A DNA stretch of 64,000 nucleotides from NCBI RefSeq assembly GCF_009914755.1, contig NC_060938.1; one strand, given 5' to 3'. Shown here piece after piece: positions 51,265 to 64,000 of the stretch; the stretch's first letter is position 1, and every line of letters starts with the position of its first letter. The notes under the pieces are model-generated. The model was not told the DNA's origin. It saw only the letters and a program-made list of their open reading frames with translations, and did no database searches. Made by a program: the position numbers and the translations under genes. The stretch comes from the human T2T-CHM13v2.0 reference genome, Homo sapiens.

Positions 51265-51685
51265 CAACTGCAAAGATATGGAACCAACCTAAGTGCCCAT
51301 CAACCAACGAGCAGATAAAGATAAATATGGTACGTTTACACCATGGAAAACTACTCAGCCACAAAAAGGAACAAAATAATGTCTTTTGCAGCAACTTGGA
51401 TAGAGCGGGAGGCCATTACTCTAAATGAAGTTACTCAGGAATGGAAAACCAAATACCATATGCTCTCATTTATAAGCGGGAGCTAAGCTATGAGGACACA
51501 AAAACATACACAGTGATATAATGGACTTTGGGGGCTCTAAAGGCGGAAGTTGAGAGGGGAATAAGGGGTACAAGACTACATATTGGATACAGTGTACAAT
51601 GTTTGGGTGACAGGTACACTAAAATCTCAGAATTTAACACTAAAGAACTCATTCTTATAACCAAAAAACCACCTGTACTTGAAAA
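51265..51685 (+). mobile_element. L1PB-like 3' end
   Basis: gcaaagatatggaaccaacctaagtgcccatcaacc. Confidence 0.85.
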
Positions 51686-52609
51686 ACTAAATTTTTCAAA
51701 AACACCTTTTCTTTAGAGGAATTATCTGTACACACATAACTATTTTCCAAAGAACTCTAAAAATTATAAATTCTATAACCCTATAGAGTTCTATTAAAAA
51801 AAAGTGTTGCTTAATTCAAAGTGAGTGTCAATAATACTTAGCTTTTACATTCCACTATCTGAAATATTCTATGGAGTAAATCTGGAATAATTCAGGAAGA
51901 CTGTATTCAATATGAGTGGACAATGTTGCTATGTACATACAAGATCCATAAGAATGTCCATTTTCTTGCACATTTTGATTTTTTTTCCCCTGAGGGGAAG
52001 AAAGTGAGCTAAATTACCTTCTTTCAAGATTGTAGAGCAGCCAATACCATGTACCCTTAGACCAGGAGTAAGTGACTAGTGCTATGAAAAGGATTAACAT
52101 AAACAATTAATTCAGAATTTTTTTCAGCTCTCCTTGGTCCAAACTGCTTTAATTCTTTATAAGAGATCTTTATTCAAGTAATAAAAACCAGAAGTTCTGA
52201 ATTCCTTATTGCTTTACAGAAAAGCATCTCAGCTTATCAATGATTTAGGTCAGACCACCCCACCACCACCCAATGGACTGTCACTATTTAAAAACTATAG
52301 AAATTCTGTTAATATTGAAAGAAATCTATGGTAAAGAGATATTTATGAACACAGCTACCACAGCATTTTTAAGCCACAAAAAATTTCATTAAAAAAATGC
52401 CAGGAAACCCAATTAAACATCTCAATATTAACACTTCATCAGCAATCTACAAGAAACTGTATTAGTTTACATTTCAGAACAATAAAAACTTTTAATAAGT
52501 CAGCTACTCAGTGATTTGAAGTCTAACTCTGGAAAGCAATTATTGCAGCTCATAATTAGGGCACTGTTATTAATGCTGTGATTTGGTTTTATCCTCTGAC
52601 AGCACTTAC

Positions 52610-52804
52610 CTTTTCAGAATTTGTAAAAACATCAGATTTCAATTCTCCATCTAGAAACTCATTAAAGTATTTCATCAATTTCTGAGCCTCCACTGCCCGT
52701 TGTCTGGGTGTGTTTACCCCCTCTAACTGGTCTCCAAGGTGACAGACTTTAGTTGCTACATAGCTAATGTGCTCATCTAGTTCTTGGAAATGTTGGAAGG
52801 CAAC
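52610..52804 (-). CDS. EXOC5: EXOC5 exon 4 (195 nt; VAFQHFQELDEH...DVFTNSEK)
   Basis: CTAG acceptor, AAG|GTAAGT donor, 65 open codons. Confidence 0.96.
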
Positions 52805-53200
52805 CTAGGAAAAATGTGCATAAGCATAAAATACAATCAGTGTGCTCAGTTTATAATCTAAACTACTACTCTTATTGCTACTAACTAAAGATAACAGAAG
52901 TTATATACGAGATGATCTACAAAATTCATGCTCATTAGTGTGACATGATCTGAAAATCTGTTAACCAAACTGCAAACTTTTATACCATTAACTATTAAAA
53001 TAATATTTATCGTGAGTACATTAATCAACAAAAAAGCAAACAAAAAAAGCTGTTTACTCCTCATCCTGTTTTAAAAAAACACTCAACACCATTTAGCCCC
53101 AAATGATGATTCTGAAAACAATTAGCTAAGTATGAAAAGGACCAGACATCTAAAGAGCTCTCTTGCTACTAAACTGAAAAGAATAAAAAATATGTCAGTA

Positions 53201-53484
<284 letters not shown>

Positions 53485-54215
53485 TTAAATATTTAAAAAG
53501 TGATGTTTATATATAAAGTAAAATAGTTCTTTCCCAGTTTTGAAAACAGAAAAGTAGCAATTATTCTACTAAGGCAAAGGTATATTACTTTCTAGAATAT
53601 TCTTTCCCTTCTCCCAGGGTACACTGATTGTCCTGTGGCATATGGAAATTGAATGCAATGAATGCCTTGTAATTGCCAACAGTGGAATTGCTGATAATCT
53701 AGTGTGGGACGTTTTTCCAACCTTAAACTGAGGTGGGGAAGAGCTGTAAACATTTATTAAGGACTTTCTCTGTGCTAGACTAGACACTGTTCTAAGCATA
53801 TTACATGTATTTACTTATATAATTCTCTCAACAACACACTTTACAGATTAAAAAAAAACCTGAGCCATGAAAAGGTTAAATTGCTTGAGATTACACAGTT
53901 CATAAGCGGCAGAGCTGAAACTCAAACTCAGGCAGACTTGTCCCAGAGTTTATTAGCTTAACTATTATTATTATTACCAAGGGAAAACTGCATTAAAAGT
54001 ATTTAGAAACTGTCACCTTAACTCTTAAAAATGCATTCCTTATCTTAAATTACTGACTTCCTTATTTCTCATAGCCACATATGTTTAAGAAAAGGAATCT
54101 AAAAAATTGAAACTTTAGCAGCAATCAGTTTGCTAATCCCTAACACTAAAGAACTAATGATCCCTGAGAGGCAGCAAAGCTAAACAATATTCCAAACTAC
54201 ACTAAGGGAAATCAA

Positions 54216-54562
<347 letters not shown>

Positions 54563-55155
54563 TTAAGTCTAGGACCTAAGAGTGACTAAGAAGTTTGGCC
54601 TGCTGAGCCCCAGGACCAATCTAGTGATTTGGTTTTACTCCAAAACAGATCAAGGCAGTTTTTCCTACAGTTACACTAGAATTCTCATTGGAGCATACCC
54701 TCATGACTTTTGTGAAACTTCCCAGACCAGGTTTTCTCAAGGGAAAACCTAATTCAGACAATAGCTGCTTTCATATTACTTTGTTTTACGATTAAAGAGA
54801 AAGCAAATGACTACCTAAATATCCAAGCTAATAAAGAGTTCCTAAAACTAGGGGTCTACTGAAGTGTCATTCTTCAAAGTTCGCATTGTTAGAGGAGAAT
54901 CAAGGACCACACTAAACTGGATACCACTCTATCCTAAGAAGAGTACTGTGATCCTAAACCAACACTCTGTGGAAAGCCAATGCCAAGAGTACTTGATAAC
55001 AATTCATTAACATTTTACCCCATGGGACTAAAGCAGTAGAAAGAAATCTTGACAGTTACTATCATCTGACTAGACTTTTTTAAGAGCTTAAAACTGGAAG
55101 AAAATAAAGATATTATAGCCTATATAAAATACCCATTTCTTAACAAAACGTTTAC

Positions 55156-55303
55156 CTGATTGCTTTTCTGCAGCTCTTGTACCTTCTTGGCAAATTCCTT
55201 GGCTTCTTTCTGACATTGTTGCTCTAGTTTCTCTACTTTCCTCTGAATCCTTTCATCCATTATCTGGAGTTCCTGAATATGATTTACAAATTCTTCTAAT
55301 AAT
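55156..55303 (-). CDS. EXOC5: EXOC5 exon 3 (148 nt; LLEEFVNHIQELQIMDERIQRKVEKLEQQCQKEAKEFAKKVQELQKSNQ, coiled coil)
   Basis: TTAG acceptor, CAG|GTAAAC donor, frame continuous with exons 2 and 4. Confidence 0.96.
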
Positions 55304-56062
55304 CTAACAGAGGAAAGTTTGAATATGTATCAATCTACCTATTATTAATCCTTAGGAACTGACCAGTTAACTTATAATCATAGTCTTAATAAGAAGAGTT
55401 CCTTGAGCTTGAAATGATCATGTTAATTTTTTCTATAGCATCTTGTTAGAAATTTCTTCATCAAAAGATAAAGTCTTTCTGTAATTTCATAACTTCCTCA
55501 TAGTTTTGTCCAGGCCACATGGCTTTAAAGCAAACATGACATTTGAAAATATAGCCAGGCTTTAACTATTGACTTTTTCGTGGATCATCTCAGAGGTGAA
55601 TGAAAACCTCACCCAGAATCCCCAATAAACCCCTAGAATAGAAATACACTTTATAGCCTACTTAAAATAGTCAAGAAGGCAAATGTACTGTATAAAAATA
55701 ATAATATACATTCCAGAGTTCAGTGACTTTGTTCCCCCAATTTACAAATATATTTAAAACAATGTATTTAATGTTTTTATTTTAGAAGTATAATCATTTC
55801 TAGTTTATGACTCATTAGAAGAAATGTCAAATTCTTATACTCAATAAAATTACTTCCTGCATACCAGTTAAATTGCTTCTTTAAAAGAACGTCAAAGAAA
55901 AAATCTCAAACTTTTAATGCTCTGTTGTATTGTCTTTTATTGGCCAAATGTTAACTAAAATCCTTGTAGAGGAATGCTGAAAGCAATCTCAACAGTCATC
56001 TCTATTCTAACACTAATGTGTACCAGATTAGATCTGTGGGGAAAAAAATTTTTTTATTTCAC

Positions 56063-56157
56063 CTTTTAGGATCAAAAGCTTCAGGTCCACCTCTAGAGCC
56101 TCCTCCTGGGGTTCTCCATACAAGACGTTCAATATATTCATCTGCCACAAAAGGCTC
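56063..56157 (-). CDS. EXOC5: EXOC5 exon 2 (95 nt; EPFVADEYIERLVWRTPGGGSRGGPEAFDPK+R)
   Basis: Manual translation matches the recalled Sec10 N-terminus; TAG acceptor, AAG|GTGAAA donor. Confidence 0.96.
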
Positions 56158-58219
56158 CTAGTTTACAAAAAAATACGCTTTAACAAAGTTTCATATACAA
56201 GTACTTAATATTACTTATAAAATTAAAACAGCTTCTACTAGGTAAAAACTTAAAATGAAATTACTAATTGTTTAAATACATCTATATTATTAAAATGTAC
56301 AGATTTTTTCAATTAAAAAATCTTCAATAAACAAAACAAATTACTTAATGAAAATTAGGATATTAAAATACTAGAACAGTATTAATGACCAACTGGAACA
56401 ACTCAACAGAAAAATGAGCAAAGTAAACAAACAAGTAATTTGTAGAAGAAATAAAATGGTCAAAAAAATTATTTTTAATGTACAGCCTTACTAGTAATCA
56501 AATAAGATCAAATTATCCTTTTTTAAAAATCTCACAAAGTTTTTTTTTTTTTTAATTATAATGAGCAAGGCAAGAAAGGATAAACTGAAATTTATACTCT
56601 CAGTATTGTTAGAAATGTCAACAGGTACAATCTTTTTGGAGGCCAGCGGGTAAGTATTAGGTAACATCAGTGTGTTACAAATGCTCGTATACCCTAACAG
56701 TAATTCCATTTTTAAAATCTAAGGGAAAAGCATATATGAATGCAAAAATCTCTGCAGAATGTTCATTGAGCATTATGTATATTACTAAGAAATTGTTTAC
56801 ATAAATATTCACAAAGCCATAGTTGACAAATTAGGGTAAACTTACAGGATGAAAAACAATGTTCCTTTTAAAATCATGATAATGTAAAAAGTTTAGAAAT
56901 GAGAAAAAAGTCTAACATATGATAGCTGATGAAAAAAGCAGGATACAAAATCTTTTAATTTTCTTAAAAAAAAATTGTTTAAAAAAGGATATTAGAGAAG
57001 GCTCAATCAAGAAAATAAAATTTCAAATGTTCACCATCAACAGATAATACATTTTTTAGACTAATACACACTAATTTACATACTTTTCATACTACCCTCT
57101 TTCATGTAAATGGATACCACATATTGCCTCCTACCTAGCATGTAACTTAAACTAGTTGGTGATTACAATTTGAACTTTTATATCTGCAAAGTTTTTTCTT
57201 AAACCTTTAAAGATATAAAGTGCTGACATGTTTGAGAATTAAGTCCCAAGGATGAATTAATATCCTTCAAAGTAAAAAATATGCCACCCTGAAATACAAT
57301 GAACTCATTTAGCAACATATTTAGATAATCAGCCTCTAGTCTGCCTCACTTCTGTCGAAACAAGAGTGGATGCGAATCTAAAGATTTTTAACGTCATCTA
57401 AAATTGAGAAATATTGACTCAAGATGAACTTATATTTAGAGCTACTTAGAACTTTAGAAACTAAGCTACTTAAAAATTTTAGAAAACTTGACCATCACAT
57501 GAAATACCCCTATATAATGAAATGGTGATGACAGCTAAAATTTTTTAAGTACTTACTATGTGCCAGGCATTGCCTAGTATTTTACATACTTTATCATATT
57601 CAATATGTACTATGGTAAGTAGTAAGTCTACAAGGTAGGTTCTATTAATACCAATTCAATTTACAGTTGTGAAATTAGGAAGTAGTCAGCCCTTTCAAAA
57701 ATCTACAGTACTTCCATTAAAAAACTTCATATAGTAATCATATCCCTTTCCCTATCATTTTCTTGGCATACACATTAGTATACTTAATAATCTTAGTTCT
57801 TATGTGTTATTAATTTTATGTGTTAAGTAATCATAGTTTTCAATTAAACACGTTATACTGTTCATCAATTTTAATATATTTTTATTAAATGACATACACT
57901 AAAGACTTATAAATAGCAGGTATTTACTGACAAAAAATTAAGGATTTTTTCATACAAAATATTTTCAATTACCTGAAAATATAGTATTCCTTCATTCAGC
58001 AAATATTAATTGAGGACCTACTACGTGCTAGAGACTATTCTAAATATCCAGGAAATAGTAAAAAAAGGAGGGAAAAATCTCTGCTCCTCTGGATCTAGTG
58101 GAGGAGAGTGACAGATAAACGAGCACAAAAAATGATACAGCAAGAAGAACCATGAAGAAAATGAAAGAGGATACAGAATGATGGATAAGAGTGGGATGAT
58201 GATGATGATGATGATTTAC

Positions 58220-58516
58220 TTATTTATTTTTTTGAGACTGAGTTTCGCTCTTGTTGCCCAGGCTGGAGTGCAGTGGCATGATCTCGGCTCACCTCAACCT
58301 CCACCTCCTGGGTTCAAGCAATTCTCCTGCCTCAGCCTTCCTGAGTAGCTGGGATTATAGGCATGCACCACTATGCTTGGCTAATTTTGTAGTTTTAGTA
58401 GAAACGGGGTTTCTCCATGTTGGTCAGGCTGGTCTCAAACTCCCAACCTCAGATGATCCGCCCGCCTCAGCCTCCCAAAGTGCTGAGATTACAGGCATGA
58501 GCCACCAGGCCTGGCC
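58220..58516 (-). mobile_element. Alu next to (GAT)n, inside L2
   Basis: Antisense consensus. Confidence 0.95.
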
Positions 58517-58849
58517 AGAGTGAGATTATCTTTGAAAGAAGTCACCAGGCAAGGCCTTTCTAAGAAAATAAATTTTGAGCAAAGATCTGTATGCAGCTAA
58601 GTAATAAGCCATCTGCGGGAGGTAGACTCTAAGCACAGGGAACACTCTTGGTATACAATCCATGAAAAGAGGCCAGTGTGACTAAAAGAGAGTGAATGCA
58701 GGGGAGAATAATTGTGGATGAGGTCAAGAGAGGTAATGAGACTCCAGAGTTTATACCAAAGTCTTATAGGATGTACTATGATATATTCCCTGTTATTGAC
58801 TGAAGAAAAGGCCAGGTTCTCAAGAAGATAAGGTATTACCTTCTTCTTG

Positions 58850-59290
58850 GGAATGCCTATACACAATAATAATTCTCCTATTCCTTCTCCCAAAAGGAGC
58901 TACCACCATTTACTTTAGTACACTAAGGAAAGAAAAATATGCAAATATTTTGAAGTCTATTGGATATACGGTGCTAGTTGGCACTGGCACCTGATTGACC
59001 CAAAGCATCATGGACCGTGTCAGAGTGAGAACACATGGGGGCTGGGTAATAGATTCCTGGCCAAGATCTGGCAGAGTCAAACCAATATGTCCATGAGCAT
59101 ACCTAGTGGTCATTTCTGCAGTCTACAAATGTTTAACAGGTATAGACACACTTAGGGGCTGATATGGGTCTACAGAATAAGAACTATTATAATGAGGAAG
59201 CCCAGGTAAAAATCCTAAAGTCGCCCCTGTCCAGTTGAGGTAGCTAATCATGCAGGATGGCAAAAATTAATGCTACCCTTAAGAATATAA
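58850..59290 (+). mobile_element. ERVL/MaLR internal fragment
   Basis: Resembles the recalled ERVL protease/pol region (ctagtggtcatttct...ggtatagacacacttagg). Confidence 0.55.
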
Positions 59291-59304
59291 AGTAGAGATC
59301 TACA

Positions 59305-59450
59305 ATGTTTTTCTTAAAAGACCAGATAGCTAGTATTTTAGGTTTGCAGACCGTACAGTCTCTGTTACAACCATTCAACTCTGCCACTGTGGTGCAAATG
59401 CAAACATACACAACACATGAATGAGCATGGTTGTGTATCAATAAAACAGA
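59305..59450 (+). mobile_element. MER58A-like hAT fragment
   Basis: ccagatagctagtattttaggtttgcagaccgtacagtctctgttacaaccattcaactctgcc. Confidence 0.75.
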
Positions 59451-59453
59451 CAG

Positions 59454-62400
59454 GATTCTGGGAAGATGGTGGAGTAAATCTGTCTCTCCATCTAGGTAAC
59501 AACTGCACTCGCAGAATCTTTCTATTTTGGAACTCTGTAGGCTAGTGAAGGCTTATATCTTCCCAGGGGAAGGCTTAGACAAGAAAATGTGGTAATTTTG
59601 GTCAATTTCAGCTCTTAGCACAATAGCAGCTACCCAGGTCCCACCCTAGCCCTGTGGCAGAGTGCTGTCCAAAAATTCCTGGAACAACCTGCACACAGCT
59701 TGTAGGGGCCAGCATGTCCAAAAAGGACCCTGTCCTCCAAATATCTGAGATCCCTGCTCTGAGGGCTAATTGCTGCTTCAGACCACAGAGGCATAAAGAG
59801 GCTGGTGGCCTTTCTTGTTGCACCTTCCCCATTTTTGCAAGCTCCTCTCCCTCTGGATAAAGTGACTGTCAGAGGATTTAAGTAAATGGATCAAAGAAGA
59901 AATTACAAGGGAAATTGTAAAATACTTATGAATGAAAATAAAAACACAACATACAAAAACATAGGACACAGTGAAGGCAGTGCTAAGGAGTAAATTTGCA
60001 ACTAGAAACATTTATATTAAAAAATAAAGATCTCAAATCAACACAACTTTAAAACTTAAGTTATTAGAAAAAGAAGTATAAACTTAAGTAACAAGAAAAA
60101 AAAGAAAAACTAAAGCCAAAGCTAACAGAAGGAAGGAAATAATAAAAACTGGAGCAGAAATTAACAAATTAGAGAATAAAGAAACAATAGGAAAAAAATT
60201 AATGAAACCAGAAGTTGGTTTTCCGAAAAGATCAACAAAATTGAAAAGCCTTTAGCTAAACAGACTAAGAAAAAAAGGGAGAAGGCTCAAATTACTAAAA
60301 TCACAAATGAAAATGAAGACATTACTACCAATTTTATAGAAACAAAAAGGATTATAAGACAGCATTACAAACAATTGTATACCAATGAATTTGATAACCT
60401 AGATGAAATAGAAAAACTCCTAGAAACACAAAATCTACCAAGGCTAAATCCTGAAAAAACAGATAATATGAATACACCTATAGCCAGTAAGGGGACTGAA
60501 TCAGTAATCAAAAATCTCCCAACAGAGAAAAGCCCTGGAACTCATGCCTTCACTGTTGAATTTTGCTAAACATTTTACAAAACTAACACCAAGCCTTCTC
60601 AAACTTTTCCAAAAAACTGAGGAAGAGGAAACACTTCCTAATTCACTGTATGAGGCCAGCATTACCCTGATACACGAAAGCCATACAAAGACTGTACAAG
60701 GAAACTACAGACTAATATCCCTTTATAAACATTCATGCAGAAATCCTCAACGAAGTATCAGCAAGCCAAATTCCATAGCATTATTAACATGATTACATAC
60801 AACCCACAGAACAGGAGAAAATATCTACAAACTATACATCTGATAAGGGGTTTATCTAAAATACATAAGGAACTCAACTCAATAGGAAGAAAACAACCTG
60901 GATTTTAAAAATGTGTGAAGGGCAGAAACAGACATTTCTCAAAAGAAGACACATAAATGGCCAACAAGTATACGAAAAAATGCTCAACACCATTAATCAT
61001 CAAGGAAATGCAAATTAAAACCTCAGTAAGGTATCACCTCACACCTATTAGAATGTCTATTATCAAAAAGACAAAAGATAAGTGTTGGTGAAAATGTGGA
61101 GAAAAAGGGAACCCTTGCACACTGTTGGTGGGAATGTAAATTACCACAGCCATTACGAAAAATGTTATGGCGGTTCCTGAAAAAATTAAAAACAGAAATA
61201 CCATAATGATCCAGCAATCATACTACTAAATATATATCCAAAGGAAATGAAATCAGTATGTCAGAGATATCTGCACCACCATGTTTACTGCAGCATTATT
61301 CACAAAAGCTGAGATATGGAATCAATCTAAGTGTCCATCAATGGATGAATGGATAAAGAAAATACAGCATATATTCACAAGGGAATACTACTCAGCCATT
61401 AAAAAGAAGGAAATCCCGTCATTTGCAAAAATATGGATGAACCAGGAGAACATTATATTAAGTAAAATAAGCCAGGAATAGAAAGACAAATGCCACATGA
61501 CCTCACTCATATGTGGAATTTTAAAAATTTGATCTCATAGAAGTAAGAGTAGATTGGTGGTTACCAAAGGCTGGGAAGGCTAAAGCGGAGGCAGGGAGCA
61601 AGAAGAGAGCCTGATTAACAGACACAAATATGTAGTTAGATAAAAGAAAAACTGAAAAATTAGTTGCCATTTCTATATACTAACAATGAACAATCTAAAA
61701 AGGAAATTATAAAAACAATTCCATTTACAACAGCACCAAAAAGAACAAAGTATTTAGGAATAAAATAAGAATTAACAAAGGAGGCTAAAGACTTGTACAG
61801 TGCAAACTATAATACTTCGAAAGAAATCAAAGAAGTCACAAATAAATGGAAACACATCCTATGTTTACAAACTGGAAGACTTAATATTGTTACAACGTCA
61901 ATACTACCCAAAGTGATCTACAGATTCAACTCAATCCTTGTGAATATCCCAATGACTTTGTTTTATTCAAAAATAGACAAACCCCGAAGAGCACAAAACA
62001 ATCTTGAAAAAGAACAGAGCAGCAGGACTCACACCTTCTAATTTCAAAACTTACTACAAAGCTACACTGATCAAGACAGTATATGGTACTGGCATAAAGA
62101 CAGACATACAGAACAAGTGAACAGAATAGAAAGCCTAGAAAAAAAACCCTCACATATTTGGTCAAACAATTTTTGACAAGGGTGCCAAGAACATTCAAAA
62201 CAGAAAGGACAGTCTTTTCAGCAAATAATGCTGGGAAAACTGGGTATTCAAATGCAAAAGCATCCTTACCTAACACCAAACAAAAATTAACTAAAAATGT
62301 CTCAAAGACTTACTTGTAATACCTAAAACTATAAAACCCTTAGAAGAAAATACAGGGTAAAGCTTCTAGATACTGGATTTGGCAATGATTTCTTGAATAT

Positions 62401-62960
62401 GATACCAAAGCACAGGCAACAAAAGAAAAAAATAGACCAATCAGACTTAATGAAAAATTTTAAATTCTGGACTACATAGAACTCCTAAAATTTAATAAAA
62501 ACAAGTAATCCAATTCAAAAATGGGCTAAGGACTGAACAGATGTTTCTCCAAAGATATATAAATGGCCAATAAGCACATGAAAAGATGCCTAACACTGGC
62601 TGGGCGCAGTGGCTCACACCTGTAATCCCAGCACTTTGGGAGGCAGAGGCAGGCAGATCTCTTGAGGTCAGGAGTTCGAGACCAGGATGGCAAACACAGC
62701 AAAGCCCTGTCTCTACTAAAAACACAAAAATTAGCTCGGTGTGGTGGCGAGTGCCTGTAGTCCCAGCTCTTTGGGAGTCTGAGGCAGGAGAATCACTTGA
62801 ACTCGTGAGGCAGAGGTTGCAGTGAGCCCAGATCACTCTACTGCACTCCAGCCTGGGTAACAGAGTGAGTGAATCTGTTCCAAAAAAAAAAAAAATGCCC
62901 AACATTACTAATATTTAGGGAAATGCAAATCAAAACTACCATGAGATGCCACCTTACACA
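59454..62960 (+). mobile_element. L1M composite (5' end + ORF2; nested L1MA-like 3' piece at about 60800-61645; Alu at 62598-62895)
   Basis: gattctgggaagatgg 5' start; ORF2 peptides in ORFs 60375, 60544, 61281, 61793. Confidence 0.85.
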
Positions 62961-63042
62961 GGAAATGGCAAAGGGCCTAGCTATCAGAGAAGTAAGTTAA
63001 GATTGGAAGACCAAGGACAAGAAAGTCTGGAGTAGAGAGGCA

Positions 63043-63421
63043 TATGGACTATACAATGAAAGAACTGTCCTCCCAAAATTCATAGGTTGAAGACTTAACT
63101 CCCAATGTGATGGTATTTGGAGATGGGACCTTTGGGGAGGTAATCAGTGTTAGATGAGGTCACAAGGTACAGGCACTCATTATGGGATTAATGTTCTTAC
63201 AGGAAAAAGAAATCTCTCTCTGCACAAAGAAGAGATTACGTGAGCACAAAGTGAGACGGTGGTGCCTACAAGCTAAGAGAAGAGGCCTCAGCATGATAAC
63301 TACCTTGCTGGCACTTTGATCTTGGACTTCTCAGCCCCCAGAACACTGAGAAATAAATTTCTGTTGTTGAAGCCATCCAGTCTATGGAATTTTGTTATGG
63401 AAGCCTGAGCTGACTAAGACA
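63043..63421 (+). mobile_element. MLT1A-like MaLR LTR
   Basis: ccccaaaattcat...ttagatgaggtca...aataaatttctgttg...gactaagaca. Confidence 0.85.
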
Positions 63422-64000
63422 GACAGATACATGAAACTGGATGCAAAGTATGAAGTTCTTTGTATAACATGTTAGCACCAGAGAACATATACCATGAAAG
63501 AGGAACTAAGCAACCAAGTAGAAAAAATGACTTTGCTTGGCATTAGCACTCTGAGCACATGAACAAAGCAGACACAGTACAGACAACATGGCCCCAACTG
63601 CAAGGGGTCCTACTTACCAAGGCTGATCCAGCTACTGTGAAACCAAATATCTAGCCTAACAGTGACAGAGACCAACTCTAAGCCCCTAAAATAGCCCCAT
63701 TCAAGACTAATCACATGGTTGGCAAGTTGACTACACTGGGCCCTTTCTACCCTAGAAAAAAGAATATTTTACTTTGATAGAAGTAGAAACATTTGAGATG
63801 GATTTGCCTTTCCTCAGAGGCAGTGTTTGTTCCTCTGGCACAGGACTCCACATACCATATCACACCAAAGGACCCAGGCACCCAGTTTACAGCAAAGGAG
63901 GTAACCATGGGATTCACTGGTCATATCATAAACCACACCAACCAGAGGTAGGCAGACTAACAGAGCACTGGAACACCCTGATGAAGGCACAGCTGAAGCA
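63422..64000 (+). mobile_element. ERVL/MaLR internal (RNase H/integrase-like) fragment
   Basis: ggcaagttgactacactgggcccttt; tttacagcaaaggaggt; gggattcactggtc. Confidence 0.65.

Noticed and set aside
56158-64000. EXOC5 exon 1/promoter
   Set aside because: No CpG island or MATTAELFE-coding exon seen; it must lie beyond the window

Overview
Primate (human-like) genomic DNA, AT-rich and dense in repeats. The window holds most of EXOC5 (SEC10/SEC10L1, exocyst component 5) on the minus strand. I mapped 17 coding exons (exons 2-18, 56157 down to the stop at 17051). They splice into an open 2100-nt frame (699 aa + stop). This fits the 708-aa protein I recall if exon 1 (MATTAELFE, outside the window) supplies 27 nt. 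A long 3' UTR with several poly(A) signals extends to about 8950. The rest is Alu, L1, L2, MIR, Tigger/MER DNA transposons, LTRs and microsatellites. I see no support for a new gene or a new multi-gene system. The most unusual signals are: (1) several templated-insertion/template-switch scars, including a 71-nt mosaic insert in an Alu copied from sequence 1.3 kb away; (2) two GC-AG introns whose donors share the same 14-mer; (3) a 5' splice site recreated at the exon 6/7 junction; (4) an apparently L1-derived branch point for a 29-nt micro-exon; (5) a cluster of Pumilio elements in the distal 3' UTR. Repeat subfamily names come from recalled consensus sequences and need RepeatMasker confirmation.
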